64,000 nucleotides of DNA, from contig OZ024743.1 in assembly GCA_964016885.1 (NCBI GenBank), positions 77,066,001-77,130,000 on the forward strand, read 5' to 3'. Position numbers and translations under genes: made by a program. The stretch is from Eledone cirrhosa (lineage: Eukaryota). Within the stretch, counting starts at the first letter, position 1. Each line of letters starts with the position of its first letter. Of this stretch, positions 47,428 to 61,600 are shown piece by piece. The notes beneath the pieces are model-generated. The model worked only from the letters and a program-made list of their open reading frames with translations, was not told where the DNA came from and searched no databases.

Positions 47428-49454
47428 GTGAGTTCTTAATAGCAAGACATTTGTGTCATTTATTTGAAATAAGACGTTTACTACACTTGAATTTATTGAA
47501 TTTTCTTGGCAAATCAATTTTTTCTACATTAGAACTGCCGGCTATCTCAGCTGAGATCTATTCTTATAAAACCTAATGAAATAAGTCAACTATTTCTTGC
47601 ATGATAGAGCAATTATTATATCCTGTGTATTTTAACCATTCAGCATTTACATTACTCTATATATACTGTTGTATTTTCACGGTAAAGGCTTTACCTCACA
47701 TAATATCAAATCTATGAGATTTTTATATATATTTTGAGACAATACCTTAACATCAGTATGAGCAACTGGTTATAGTCAGTTTGAACAGTAAGAGGTGAGA
47801 GAATTCTGGCCATATACAGGTGGTTTAAATGCTAATGGGTTATGGTGCTCACAGATTTCAGATAAGAGTTACATTTCATCTTCTATATTCTACTTGCTTT
47901 TATGTTATGTTATTTAATGTTCTTCAGTTAAATTTCTGTTTCATTACTCTCGGCTCCCAAATAATGGGGGGAAGGGGGTAATTTTTCTAGGTTGTCTCCC
48001 TTGATATTTAAAAAAAAACAGAATTAGTCATTTAGTTTACATTCTCAGACCGGGTAATGTGTTGTTTCCTTGAGCAAGACACTTTATTTCACATTGCTCC
48101 AGTTTACTCAGCTGTAGAAATGAGATGATATGGACTGGGTTCCCTATCATTCCACTGCAAAGTGGACGTGGGGGTGCCACGGCAAAAAAAGCACCCAGCA
48201 CTCACTGTAAATGATGTTGGTGTTAGGAAGGGCATCCAGCTGTAGAAATCAAGCCAGAATCAGTCCCGTCCCACCCTTGCAAGCAGGGAAAAGCGGACGT
48301 AAAATGACGACGATGATTGAGACCCAAATCCATCCTATTTATTTTATAACATATGGGATTTCCAGTAATGTATTTTTTTATCATGTATAATGTTTTTTAA
48401 TGGCTAAAGAGAATTAATAGTCGCAGGAATGCTGCTACTTAAAATAAAATTCTGCCATAGATAGATTGGCAAAATTTTATAAGTGGGGGATTTGGGAAAA
48501 ATCTGGGGGCGAGGACGATTATTCGAAACCCGAGAGTATCTGCATGACTATAGTTAAGAAGTTCACTTCACAATCACAGGGTTTTGAGGTTGATCACCAT
48601 GGGCATGTTTCTTCCACAATAACCTCAAGTTGACCAATATTTTGTGGGTAGTGAATTGGCAGAATTGGTAGAACTTCAGATTAACTGCCATTATGGCTCT
48701 TTACATTCTGAGTTCAAATCTTACCGAGGTCAACTTTTATTTTTATCCTTCCAGACTCAATAAAATAAAGTACCAGTTTAGTAGAGTGAACTTTCCTTGC
48801 CAGATAGGATCAAAGCAACCTCTCTAGTGTTGGTGTCCTGATATAATGCACCCAGTACACTCTGAAAAGTGGTCAGTGATTAAATGAGACACTGCAGTGG
48901 GAAACCATGTGGTTATGAAGGGAATACTAAACCAGGTGTTGGTTTTATAACACAAGCTACAATAAATATTAAAGTCATTAATCAGAAGAAAATAGCCAAT
49001 TGGTTCTTCTCCCACTTATTCCTGAGAGGGTCATGGAGGCAGAGTCCTCAAACACCCCTTCCAATGGGTCCTGTCAGAAGCAACCATCTCCAACTGATCT
49101 GGCTGGATCCCCAAGCAAAACCAGCCAAGCTCATGGATGTTATCCAACCATCTTGCTCGGCGTCTATCCCTGGGTCTCCTGCCAGTTGGTTTTGCCCTTA
49201 AAATCTGTCCAGTGATTCTTTCCTGAGACATTCTAACCACATGCACATAGTATTGGAGCTGTGATCTCTCAATTCGGAGAAGTCGCGGCTCTACCTGGAG
49301 TGACTCTCTGATCTCCGAGCTACGCACTCTATCGATTAACTTTACTCCAAAAACTCTTCGGAGGAACCCTATTTTGGCCACTCAATTAAAAATGTAAATA
49401 TTAAACTTCTATTCATATTCACTCTTTATTAAATTTGTGCATTTATTTTCACAG

Positions 49455-49524
49455 GAAGAGTTATGGCCTGAGTGGCAGAACATTAAGAAAAATGCCATTT
49501 ATTGCTCATGCTATGTTTCTCAGG
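49455..49524 (+). CDS. TRIP13: TRIP13 coding exon 10 (sensor 2)
   Basis: tcacag|G AAG AGT...CTC AGG|gtaagt, 70 nt. KSYGLSGRTLRKMPFIAHAMFLR. Confidence 0.96.
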
Positions 49525-50745
49525 GTAAGTTTACATACAATGCCATTTTTATTAAAATTAGTTTAACCCTTTTGTTAACATATTTCTAATGAAAGACACA
49601 TTTTGAAAATAATCAAGAATTTAGGAAGGGGTTTTAAGTCCCGAAATATTAGGAAGAAGAAAAAAAAAATTAATACCAGGTAACAAACATTTGTGTTGCC
49701 TTCATTTCACCATCCATTTCACATTGTCTTAACCATCTTAAACATACCATTTTCTACATTATATATCAAACACAATGCTTCAAGCAAACTACAACATTCT
49801 ATTAATTAAGCTAGTGTTTGGAACATGACTTAACAAAGATTCTTACATAAAATTATGATGGAAGGTTTTAAAATAAATATGTATGGTTCGGACAGATTGT
49901 CACTGTCCGAGACCAGATGGGTTAGATCAACCAATCTTACCCATTAGATTTCATATTTAACATGGTTTCTATAGCTGGGTGCCCTTCTTAACAGTAACCA
50001 CTTTACAGAGTGGATGGGATGTATTCCATCGTGGCACCAGCATTAGAGAAGTTGTCACCTGCTAAACCAGACAGAAATATGATCCAGCCGAGGTTAACTT
50101 TGCCTTTCATTCTTACGGGGTCGATAAAATAAAGTACCAGTAATACACTGGGATAATTGCTGACCTTGTGCCAAAAGTAGAAACAATTATTTCTTCACCA
50201 ATATAATCATCTCCCTTACATTGAGTAACCAATGTGATGATTTGGGACCTAATATTAGTCATGAAAGCAATTTCAAATTGCTCATTTTCTTTGGTTTTAT
50301 TTTTGATAACTTTCTAAAATAGCTAGGACTTTCAAACTATTATCCAAAGATATCTTTGAATTGATACCTTTCCTAATGCCAACCACATTTACAGTGTATA
50401 CTGGCTGATTTTTGTGGTGACCCCTACACGACCACTTTACAGTGTGAACTGGGTGCTTTTTGTTGTGATGTCTACAGCTGTAGAAACTAAGACAAAATCA
50501 GTTCTGTATGAGCAAGATATAGTCACCTGACCTAGCATTTTTCACAACAGGACAACTCCTCTAACCCATGCTAGCATGGAAAAATGGACATTAAACAGTG
50601 ATGATGATGATGATCTCCTTGTCTAACGATGATACATGGCTTTAAAATTAAATGAAAAAAAATGAAAATGTTTGGGTTTCTTGAAATGCTTTTTATGACT
50701 TCTTTTTCCAATTGCTCTACTTTATTCTGCTTATTTTCCTCCTAG

Positions 50746-50841
50746 GTTTCATCAACAACCCTGGAAGTCTACCTGACTGCCCTCACCAAAGCTGTTGCTA
50801 ATCAGTTTGTTCAACAAAATAATCTCTGTAAAGACAACTGA
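50746..50841 (+). CDS. TRIP13: TRIP13 coding exon 11 (last, TGA stop)
   Basis: cctcctag|GTT TCA TCA...AAC TGA, 96 nt. VSSTTLEVYLTALTKAVANQFVQQNNLCKDN*. The eleven exons sum to 1290 nt, i.e. 429 aa plus stop. Confidence 0.88.
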   Translation, partial: VSSTTLEVYLTALTKAVANQFVQQNNLCKDN

Positions 50842-50939
50842 AGTGATGTTTTATTGGAATCTAAATGTGTGTCTAAATATTTGTATGTGTATATGTGTAA
50901 ATGTGTATGCATATATGTGTCTATAAATGCGTGTATACA

Positions 50940-52560
50940 TATCATCGTCATCATCATTTTTATGTCCGTTGTTTCCATGCTTGCATGGGTTGGACAGGGC
51001 CTTCTCAGCACAGCATCTCTCCACTCGCCACGTTTCTTCATCTCCTCTGTGAGTCTCAGCAATTTGAGGTCAGCTCTCACCACCTCTGTCCAGGTCTTTC
51101 TTGGTCGTCCTCTACTGCAACTTCCTTCCACTGGCATTTCCTGGTACTTCTTTACCCATCGATCATCATCCATGCACATTACATGCCAATACCATCGCAG
51201 TCTTCTCTCCTGCACACCACATCCGGTTCCTCTTAAACCCAGCTTCTCCCTCAGCTCATTCAAGGTCTGCCTTTCTCTGACACTTACATGGCACATCCAA
51301 TAAAACATGGTTGCGTCATTTCTCTCCAGTCTACAAGTCCTCTGCTGTCAAAGCCCATGTTTCACTACCATGAAGCATCACACTTCGCACGCAGGTGTCA
51401 TACAGTTGTCCTTTTGTTGTCAACAGTGGGAGTAGCTCTAAACTTCTTCCATCCTATCTTTATTTTACCTATTATGTTCTCAGAGCACCCTCCTCCGTTA
51501 CTAGTTAGGTCACCTAGATAGCAGAAGCTGTCAACTACTTCCATGGACCTTTCCTGTGACTTGACCTCTTTCCCTAGATTATTCCTGTGTATCTTCTACA
51601 TACAAAGTCTTTCTTTCCTGTTAGTCTATCCTTTATCTCACTATATCTTGTGTACCCAAGATTTACAGTGTACACTGTATGGAGTTTATACCTACTCCTT
51701 TTCTACATATGGAGCAGGGCCACTTTCCTACTCAATGGCACTTTAGTTTTGGCTAAGTTTACCCTTACACTTTTTGATTCCAAATTCCGTTTCCATAGTC
51801 AGAACTAATTTTCTAGTTCTTTTATGGATTCAGTTATAAGGGCCAGATCTTCTGCATAGAGAAGTTCCCATGGACAGCCAGTTTTAAATTCATCTGTTAT
51901 GGCCTGGTGTACTATGATGAACAACAGTGGGCTAAGAACTGAACCTTGATGAACTACTTGTACCTTGAAATCCTCACTAAGCTCACTTCCTACTCTCATT
52001 TTACTGACAGCTGCTTTGTGCATAGCTTGCATGGCTCTCACAAGCCATTCTTCTACACTTAATTTCCTTAAGGACCACTAGATAATGGATGAAGGTACTC
52101 TGTCAAAGGCCATTTCTGGATCAACAAAAGCTAAATATAGTGGCTTATTCTTGGCTAGGAACTTCTCCTGTAGTTGCCTCACTCAGAAGGGGGCATATTA
52201 CATTTCCCTGCATCTCATTTATTGATTCATTCCCTAATTAACTGTGCTATAACTCTCTGTCATTTTCAAAACTTGATCCATTAGTTTTATAACTCTATAG
52301 TTGTTCCTTTCTAGGACATCACCTTTACCTTTGTAGCAATTTATAATTGTACTGCTGCACCAGTCATTGGGATTGACTCCATCTTGTATTACCTAGTCAG
52401 CTATGCAGGTTATTAGTCCGACTCCTACTGCTGATGCTTTTAGCATCTCAGCAACTATCACTGGTCATGCAGCTTTACCATTTTTCACCATTTTGTTTGC
52501 TTCTTTAACCCTATAAATGTTAACTTCATTAGCTGGTCCTTCTGTTAGGTAAGTTGGGGG
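50940..52560 (-). mobile_element. Degenerate RTE-clade LINE (RT and 3' end), antisense and immediately downstream of the TRIP13 stop
   Basis: VHQGSVLSPLLFIIV..ITDEFKTGCPWELLYAEDLAL and ERRLRWYWHVM..RGRPRKTW. (GAT)n tail at about 50941-50957. Confidence 0.9.
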
Positions 52561-55500
52561 TAGTTTCTCTTCCTCTCATCTAAACCCTCTGTCTCCATAT
52601 TTTCCTGTCTATATAAATATTTGTATGCATGCATGTGTGTATAAAAATGTGCATGTGATTGTATATGTGTGATATGAATCAAACAAAAACATTTGGTGTG
52701 GATGTTTAAATACTAGAGTAATATCTATAAAATCTTTTGTAGAAACTTAACCCTTTAACATTTAAACTGGCCATACTTGGCCAGAATTTTCTCACCTCTT
52801 TTTATTCAAACTGGTTGTAACTGGCTGCTCATACTTATGGTATGGTATTGTTCTCAAAATAAATAATATCAAAATGTCATAGATTCAATATTATGTGACG
52901 TTAATCCTTTACCATGAAAATACAATAGTAAATATAGAGTAACGTAAATGCTAAAAGGTTAACTTCAACAATTTATTTTGTTATGCATGACACATTTCTC
53001 TTGTCTCATCCACCTTATTTCTCCCTCTTACTACTTAATATACACATATTAAAGTTTCAATGATTCATATGTGCCACTACTATTTTCAGGCTCATCCCAT
53101 TGATAGTAACTCTAGTTTACCTTTCTATACCCATATATTTGTATGTGCAGTTTTCATTTCATATCAATATACAGGCAAGAGAGGAAGACAAAAAGAAAGC
53201 TGTCTTATGAGTCAAGCCTTCATATCTGATGTTGTTCTTTCTAGCCATTCCACTTACGTCTCTATGGCCTTGAGGAAAACATGAACATCACAATACAACA
53301 TCCTCATTCATTTTCACTTGTAAATAGTAGGCCTTGTTTATATATTAAGAGTCAATATTAATAAACAAATATGCACACACATGCAAACACACACAATACA
53401 TATTTTTTATTTAATTCGGTGATTAGACTGCAAACCTGCTCAGAAACCTTGTTGATTATAGATGTTTATTGTTGAAATAAATTGGGTATTCTTCTTATTT
53501 CCTTCTTCGCCCACTTATTCCTGAGAGGGTCGTGGGGGCAGAGTCCCTCAAAGATTCCTTCCAGTGGGTCCTGTCAGAAACAACCGTCTCCAACTGATCT
53601 GGCTGGATCGCCTAGCGAGACCATCCAAGCTCATGGAAGTTATCCAACCATCTTGCTTGGGGTCTATCCCTGGCTGGTTTTGCCCGTAAAATCTGTCCAG
53701 TGATTCTTTCCTGAGATATTCTAACCACATGCCCATAGTATCGGAGATGTGATCTCTCAATTCAGAGGAGTGGCTCTACCTGGAGTGACTCCAGTGATTC
53801 TTTCCTGAGATGCTCATAAAATGGGAGTTGTGATCTCTCAATTTGGAGAATTAGTGGCTCTACCTGGAGTGACCTTCTGTTCTCCAAGCTTGGTGCAAAA
53901 TAACTAAGGGACCCCTAAAATGACCAATAATTTCTATACATGATCAACATTTCATTGATATATTCTTGTAGAATGCCTGCCGTATTATATATTGGTTTAA
54001 ATGATCATCACTTCATTTTCCAGTTATTTTACAAAAAAAAAAATGGGTTTTCTTTAATCAAGATATCACAAATATTTATATATTTATAAACAACATTTGG
54101 TTAACTTACAAAACATTGAGAAATTCGGAAATATAGTTGCCACAATGCAGGTAACTATAATAATAATTGATAACTATAAATAATAGATGAATAAATTTAA
54201 GGATGCAAATGCAGGCTTCTCAATTTCCTTTTTTCCATCTTCAGGGTAAGGGGTTCTTTACCTGATTTATTCAACTATTAATAAAGTGTCTTGCTCAAGG
54301 AAACAACCGGGTGATGTGTTGTTTCCTTGAACAAGACACTTTATTTCACATTGCTCCAGTTTACTCAGCTGTAGAAATGAGATGATAGGGACTGGGGGTC
54401 CCTCACTGTAAATGAGGTTGGTGTTAGGAAGAGCATCCAGCTGTAGAAATCAAGCCAGAATCAGTTCCCATCCCACCCTTGCAAGCAGGGAAAAAGGGGA
54501 CGTAAAATGATGATGATGATGATTATTATTTATAGTTATTAACTATCATTTTAGTTATCTGCATTCTGGTGACAATATTTTAAAAGTTATATTTTTTATG
54601 CTTTTGTAAATTAAATTTTCTTTTTATTTGTTGATTATGAATATTGTTATGTCTTTTAATTCTGGTATGACAAATATGTAACTTATATTACTATTTTGAA
54701 TAGAATTTAAATATAAATTTGTTCAAAAATATATATTTTGTTTAAGAATTCTTCTTTCTCTTTCTTCTTCCTATTGAGAGGGAGGGGGTGGGGGTGGCAG
54801 CAGAATCCTCGTCAGACATGTCTTCCAGAGGGTCCTGTCAATCATCTCCCATCCGGCTGGATCCCCAAGAGATACTAATCGAGTTTATGGATAACTCCTT
54901 TGAAAAGCTAATATTGAAGTTGACACAGATCTATCTATAATCATCATCACTGCTTAACATCCACGCTGGCATGGGTCAGGGGGGTTGTCCTGTTGTGAGA
55001 CAAGCAATTATAAGAAATGGATGCCCTTCCTATCACCAACTACCTTACAGCATGGACTAGCTGTATTATTCATGCTACCAGCACGAGAGAGGTTCTCTTA
55101 CTGAACTCAAGAATCCTCTCCACCCTGTGTTAGTTTTTATTTGGAGTGCTTGCTCTTCTAGATGGGTTGCCTTGTCTATGGCTTATGAGGCTCATGTCTA
55201 CCCCATGCAGTAGTCTTTAATCAGAGTTACTGCCCTGCTAGATGGGTTGCCTTAACTATGGCTTACAGAGCCCACATCTACCCTGTGCATATAAACCAGA
55301 ATATTATAAGTTTATTTAACAGTCATAATAGAGGTGTATTGGAAAGCTTATACAAAATATCTAGGTATAATAAACACACGAGTCTCACTATGGGTGTTTT
55401 AAGCTGTGATCATGTCACAATTACATTAACGATGTCCCATGTGGCTACTGAGATAGCTGTGATATTACCACATTTTGATATTTGGATTACTTTGGTCTTA

Positions 55501-56599
55501 TGACATCATCTGTGTTTGACATGGTGGATCCTCCTTCATTGTAAATTAATATATAAGTGGTTGAGTATTCCACAGACACATGTCCCCTTTATGTAATTCT
55601 CAAGCAGAATCAATCAGTATAACAGTATAACGCATTATATGGCAAAGCTAGACCTTTGAATTACCAGCACAAGACATCCAATGGGCTTCCACGCAGTCTC
55701 TGTCTACCTAATTTGGTCAAATCACTTGCTCAAGCTGCCAAACAGTAGAATCGAACCCAAGATCTCATGATTGTGAAATAAACCACTTAGCCATGCCTGT
55801 GTCTAAGACCTAATACCTGAACAGTTACAGCCCTGGACTACTGACAACTTGGTCATATTTTCAAATTTCCCTTTCATCATCATTATTTAATGTCCATTTA
55901 TCCACGCTAGCATGGGTTAGTCGGGTTGTCCTGTTTGAGGCAAGTTGGGTCAGGTGACCGTGTCTTGCTTACACACAACCGATTTTGGCTTGGATGCCTT
56001 TCCTAATGCCAACCACAGTGTATACTGGGTGCTTTTTGTTGTGACTCCTACATGACCACTTCATAGTGTGGGCTGAGTACCCAGGTAGCAGAAGCTGTCT
56101 ACCGAACCTTCCAGGAATATCTTAGCACTTGTTTCCTGTGGTCGTTTGCTGCTTCCCTTTGTTCATTTTATTGTGTTTTAGCTAAAGAAAACTTAACTCT
56201 GCTACAGTTTACTCAATGGCTGGACAGTTTCCATCTTTACAACAGACTTAACATGGATTGGCAGTATCGGTAGAGGGTCGGATGCCATTCTTTGCAGCAA
56301 AGAGTTACGGACCTTTATGGTCTGAGTTCAAATCCCGCCGAGGTTAACTTTGCCTTTCGTCCTTACGGGTTCGATAAAATAAAGTACCAGTAATACACTA
56401 GGATAATTTCTGGCCTTGTGCCAAAGGTAGAAACAATTATTAACTGCACTAGGATGATGGATTGCTTTATATTTGGATGTGAAAGCACATATGCTATATT
56501 TCTTGTGAAACAACTGCAAGGAAGACATTTAGAAAATGATAAATATCTCTACCTTGAATTTGTTAACCTGAAGAAACATTTGTTGGAATCTCAAACTTC

Positions 56600-57380
56600 A
56601 TATTTTGGGAGTAAAAACCCAGCGTCCACATACTCCCTCCACAGCACTAATATCAAGAAGTCTTCCTGTGAACGTGACCTGGGCATTACGGTCAGCAGCG
56701 ATTTGCGTTGGACAAGGCACGTCTCTAAAATTGTCAAGAGGGCTGAGGGTGTCTTAGCATCACTCAGCAAGACCTTTGTCAGCCGCTCTCCAGATATCTA
56801 TTTATGGCTGTATACAGCTATGGTGCGACCACACTTAGAATTTGCATCACCAGTCTGGAACCCCTATCTTGCTCAGAACATTGACCGCCTGGAAACTGTT
56901 CAGAGACGTGCAACCAAGCGAATACCCTCCATCAGGCATCTACCATACTCTGAGCACCTTGCTTCTCTGGGCATGGATTCATTGAAGCTCCGATGCCTGG
57001 CAACTGACTTGGTAAACACCCACAAAATTGTTAACCATGTTGCCAACAACAACCCTGAGTACCTTTTTGATTTCCATGTGTCTAACACACGTGGACATGC
57101 CCACAAAGTAAGAAAACAGCAAAGTTCCCATGACTTTCGGAAACATTTTTTCACACTCAGAGTTGCTGAAGCATGGAACAAACTACCTGCATCAGTTGTT
57201 AGCTGTCGAGACACTGCATCCTTTAAGGCCTCCATGCTTTCCGAGATCCGCCAACACTACAGCTAACACATACACACATGTACTTCCCTGACATTTGTGT
57301 ATTATTCTATGTACTATACATACACCTTTGATGAGTTGTGCACCTGAGTACTTTACACAATAATTTCATTATTATTATAA
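56600..57380 (+). mobile_element. CR1-clade LINE 3' fragment with open frame and (ATT)n tail
   Basis: ERDLGITVSSDLRW..LYTAMVRPHLEFASPVWNPY...LETVQRRATK..RKHFFTLRVAEAWNKLP. Confidence 0.92.
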
Positions 57381-58696
57381 TCTGTTCGGTGCTGAGAAAA
57401 CTACCATATTTCCCAGCATCGAAGATGCTATTTTTTTACTAAAATAAGTCTCCGATGGTTACATTTCTCATAAGTATATCCTAACCCCAGAGGAAATTAT
57501 CTCTGCTGGACAGTCATCTGAACTCCTGTATATGACCTCTCAATGAAGTGTATACATTATACTTAGTTAAAGTAGTAAATAAACAAAATATAAAAACTTT
57601 AAAAAATATATACACAATTACAAAACTTCATTCCCATAGAGTCTGGTAGTCGAGGCAACTGATAAGTGATATTTTTACATGTTGTGTTTCAATATTGCCG
57701 GTATTTTTACTCTCTTCAAACAACCTGGTTTTAAGGGAACATTATTAAGTGACAGAAGTAAAACTGTGATATGTTAAAAGGGTTTATCAACAAATATTAA
57801 TAACAAGTCTTATTTTTATGTTTATTATTTTTTTCAAACTTTTGGGATTATCTTTGACAACAGGAAATAGGGTAAGTGAAGTGAAATGGTTTATAAGGAC
57901 CAGACCAACTGTAACCCTATACAAAGGTACTGTGAAGTAAGGATTGCCAGTATGTTCAATGTAAAGGGTACTTTCCTCAGCTTTCTATACACTATTGTTT
58001 TGAAGTCAATACTGCAACTGTTCAGTATGGAATCATCATCATTTAACTCTGTTTTCCCTGCAAGCAGGGGTTGGATGGGTGTATGTTATCATGATACCAA
58101 CACTGAAGGTTGTCATGTATTTGATATAATCACTGTTAAGTGATTGGTGATAGGAAGGACACCCAGCCATAGAAATCTTGCCAAACAAAGGGTTGAGAGG
58201 ACCCTCAGTTGTGTCAAAGACATGACAACCTCTCCTGAGTACTCAATGGAACGTGGGACCATACATAAAATGAGACACAGATCCTTAACTTGTTTGTTGG
58301 GAGATCAGTGGCTCTGCTTCAGAACTGACTTGTTCTATACAAACCCGTCCAACCCTTTCTGGCAGGGTAAGCGGACATTAAAATGATGATGAACAAGAGT
58401 GCTCTCAACCATTTGTTTGGCAAGTTTTCTATGGCTGATTCCCTTCCTATCACCAACCACTTTACAGAAACTACTTGGTACATTGTCAACTTGTGACCAT
58501 CTGATACACATTACTGCTACATAAGTCTGTTTATTGGAATTTGTTACGTGTATGCTGTTCATATTTTTTGGCAGAGGTTTTCTAGCTGGATGCCCTTCCT
58601 ATCACCAACTACCTTACAGCATGGACTGGCTGTATTATTCATGCTACCAGCACTAGAGACGTTCTCTTACTGAACTCAAGAATCCTCTCCACCCTA

Positions 58697-61600
58697 GTAT
58701 AGTGTGGTGGTGTAGTGTAGTGTGGGGTGGTGTGGTGTGGGATGGTGTACTGTAATGTGGTATAGTGTAGTGTAGTGTGGTGTGGTGTGGTGTAATGTGG
58801 AGTGGTGTGGTGTGGTGCAGAGTGGTGTAGTGTGGTGTGGTATGGTATAGTGTGGTGTAGTGTAGTGTGGTGTGGTGTGGTGTGAGCACGGTGGTATGGT
58901 GTAGTGGGGTATAGTGTAGTGTGGTGTGGTGCAGTGTAGTGTGGTAGTGTAGTATGATGTGGTGTGGTGCGGTGTGGTATAGTGTTGTGTAGTGTGGTGT
59001 GGTGTAGTGTAGTGTGGTGTGGTGTAGTGCAGTGTAGTGTGGTGTGACCATGGTGGTCTAGTGTAGTGAGGTGTGGTGTGGTGTGGTCTAGTGAGGTGTG
59101 GTGTAGTGTGGTGTGGTTGTCTGCTGTGGTGTAGTGTGGTGTAGTATAGTGTTGTATGGTGTAGTGTAGTGTGATGTGGTGAGGTGTGGTGTGGTGTGAC
59201 AGTGGTGGTGTAGTGTGGTGTGGTGTAGTGTAATGTAGTGTGGCGTGCGTGCGTGTGGTGTGGTATGGTGTGGTGTGATATGGTGTGTGTAGTGTGGTGT
59301 AGTGTAGTGTGTTGTGGTGTACTGTAGTGTGGTGTAGTGTGGCGGGGTTGTGTGGTGTAGTGTAGTGTGGTGTGGTGTGATGTAGTGTAGTGTGGTGTGG
59401 TGTAGTGTGGTGTAGTGCAGTGTAGTGTGGTGTGGTGTGGTGTAGTATAGTGTTGTATGGTGTAGTGTGGTGTGGTGTAGTATAGTGTTGTATGGTGTAG
59501 TGTGGTGTAGTGTAGTGTGGTGTGGTGTGACAGTGGTGGTGTAGTGTGGTGTAGTGTAGTGTGGTGCTGTAGTGTAGCGTGGCGTGCGTGTGGTGTGGTG
59601 TGATGTGTGTGTAGTGTGGTGTGGTGTAGTGTGGTGTGGTGTAGTGTGGTGGTGTAGTGTGGTGGTGTACTGTAGTGTGGTGTAGTGTGGTGGGGTGTAG
59701 TGTAGTGTGGTGGAGTGTAGTGTAGTGTGGTGTGGTGTAGTGTGGTGTGGTGTGGTTGGGTGTAGTGTTGTTTGGTGTAGTGTAGAGTAGTGTGGTGTAG
59801 TGTGGTGTGTTGTGTGGTGTAGTGTGGTGTGGTGTGGTGTAGTGTGGTGTAGTGTGGTGTGGTGTGGTGTAGAGTGGTGTAGTGTGGTGTAGTGTGGTGT
59901 GGTGTGCTGTGCTGTGGAGTGGTGTGGTGTGGTGTGACCACAGTGGTATGGTGTAATGTGGTATAGTTTAGTGTGGTGTAGTGTGGTGTAGTGTAGTGTG
60001 GTGTGGTGTGGTGTAGTGTAGTGTGGTGTGGTGTGTTGTAGTGTGGTGTGGTGTAATATGGAGTGGTGTGGTGTGGTGTGGTGTGGTGCAGAGTGGTGTA
60101 GTGTGGTGTGGTGTAGTGTAGTGTAGAGTGGTGTGGTGTGGTGTGGTGTGGTGTGACCATGGTGGTATGGTGTAGTGTGGTGGTGTACTGTAGTGTGGTG
60201 TAGTGTAGTGGGGTGGTGCAGTGTGGTCTGGTGTGTGGTGCAGTGTGATGTGGTGTGGTGTAGTGATGTGTGGTGTGACCATGGTGGTGTAGTCTAGTGA
60301 GGTGTGGTGTGGTTTAGTGTGGTGTGGTGTGGTGTAGTGTGGTCTAGTGTGGTGTGGTGTAGTGTAGTGTGATGTAGTGTTGTGTGGTGTGGTGTGGTTG
60401 TCTGCTGTGGTTTAGTGTAGTGTTGTATGGTGTAGTGTGGTGTAGTGTAGTGTGATGTGGTGAGGTGTGGTGTGGTGTGACAGTGGTGGTGTAGTGTGGT
60501 ACAGTGTAGTGTGGTATAGTGTAGTGTGGTGTAGTGTGGTGTGGTGTAGTGTGGTGTAGTGTAGTGTGGTGTGGTGTGGTGTAGTGTAGTGTGGTGTGGT
60601 GTAGTGTAGTGTAGTGTGGTGTAGTGTGGTGTGGTGTAGTGCAGTGTGGTGTAGTGCAGTGTGGTGTGGTGTAGTGTGGTGTAGTGTAGTGTAGTGTGGT
60701 GTGGTGTAGTGTAGTGCAGTGTGGTGTAGTGTGGTGTGGTGTAGTGTGGTGTGGAGTGGTGTTGTGTAGTGTAGTGTGGTGTGGTGTAGTGTAGTGTTGT
60801 GTGGTGTGGGGTAGTGTGGTGTGGTGTAGTGTAGTGTGGTGTAGTGCTGTGTAGTGTGGTGTATTGTGCTGTGGTGTGGTCTAGTGTGGTGTGGTGTGGT
60901 GTGACCATGGTGGCGTAGTGTAGTGAGGTGTGGGGTGGTGTAGCCTAGTGTAGTGTGGTGTGGTGTTGTGTGGTGTAGTGTAGTGTGGTGTGGTGTGGTG
61001 TGGTGTAGTGTAGTGTGGTGTGGTGAGAGGTGTTGTGGTGTGGTGTGGTGTGGTGTGGTGTGGTGTGACCATGGTGGCGTAGTGTAGTGAGGTGTGGGGT
61101 GGTGTAGCCTAGTGTAGTGTGGTGTGGTGTTGTGTGGTGTAGTGTAGTGTGGTGTGGTGTGGTGTGGTGTAGTGTAGTGTGGTGTGGTGAGAGGTGGTGT
61201 GGTGTGGTGTGGTGTGACCATGGTGGGGCGGTGTAGTGTGGTGTAGTGTAGTGTGGTGTGGTGTAGTGTAGTGTAGTGTGGTGTGGTGTAGTGTGGTGTC
61301 GTGGGGTGGTGTGGTGTGGTGTGTGAGGTGTTGTGGTGTGTGAGGTGTAGTGTAGTGTGGTTTGTGAGGTGTTGTGGTGTAGTGTAGTGTGGTGTGGTGA
61401 GGTGTAGTGTGGGGTGGTGTGAGGTGTTGTGGTGTGGTGTAGTGTGGTGTGGTCTGGTGTGGTGTAGTGTGGTGTGGTGTAGTGTGGGTGGTGGTGTGGT
61501 GTTGTGGTGTGGTGTAGTGTAGTGTAGTGTAGTGTGGGGTGGTGTGGTGTGGTGTAGTGTGGGGTGGGGTGGGGGTGAGGTGTTGTGTGGTGTAGTGTGG

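Noticed and set aside
56418-57266. 282-aa protein-coding gene
   Set aside because: A chance in-frame fusion of a SINE tail, a short RTE-like piece and a CR1 ORF2 C-terminus.
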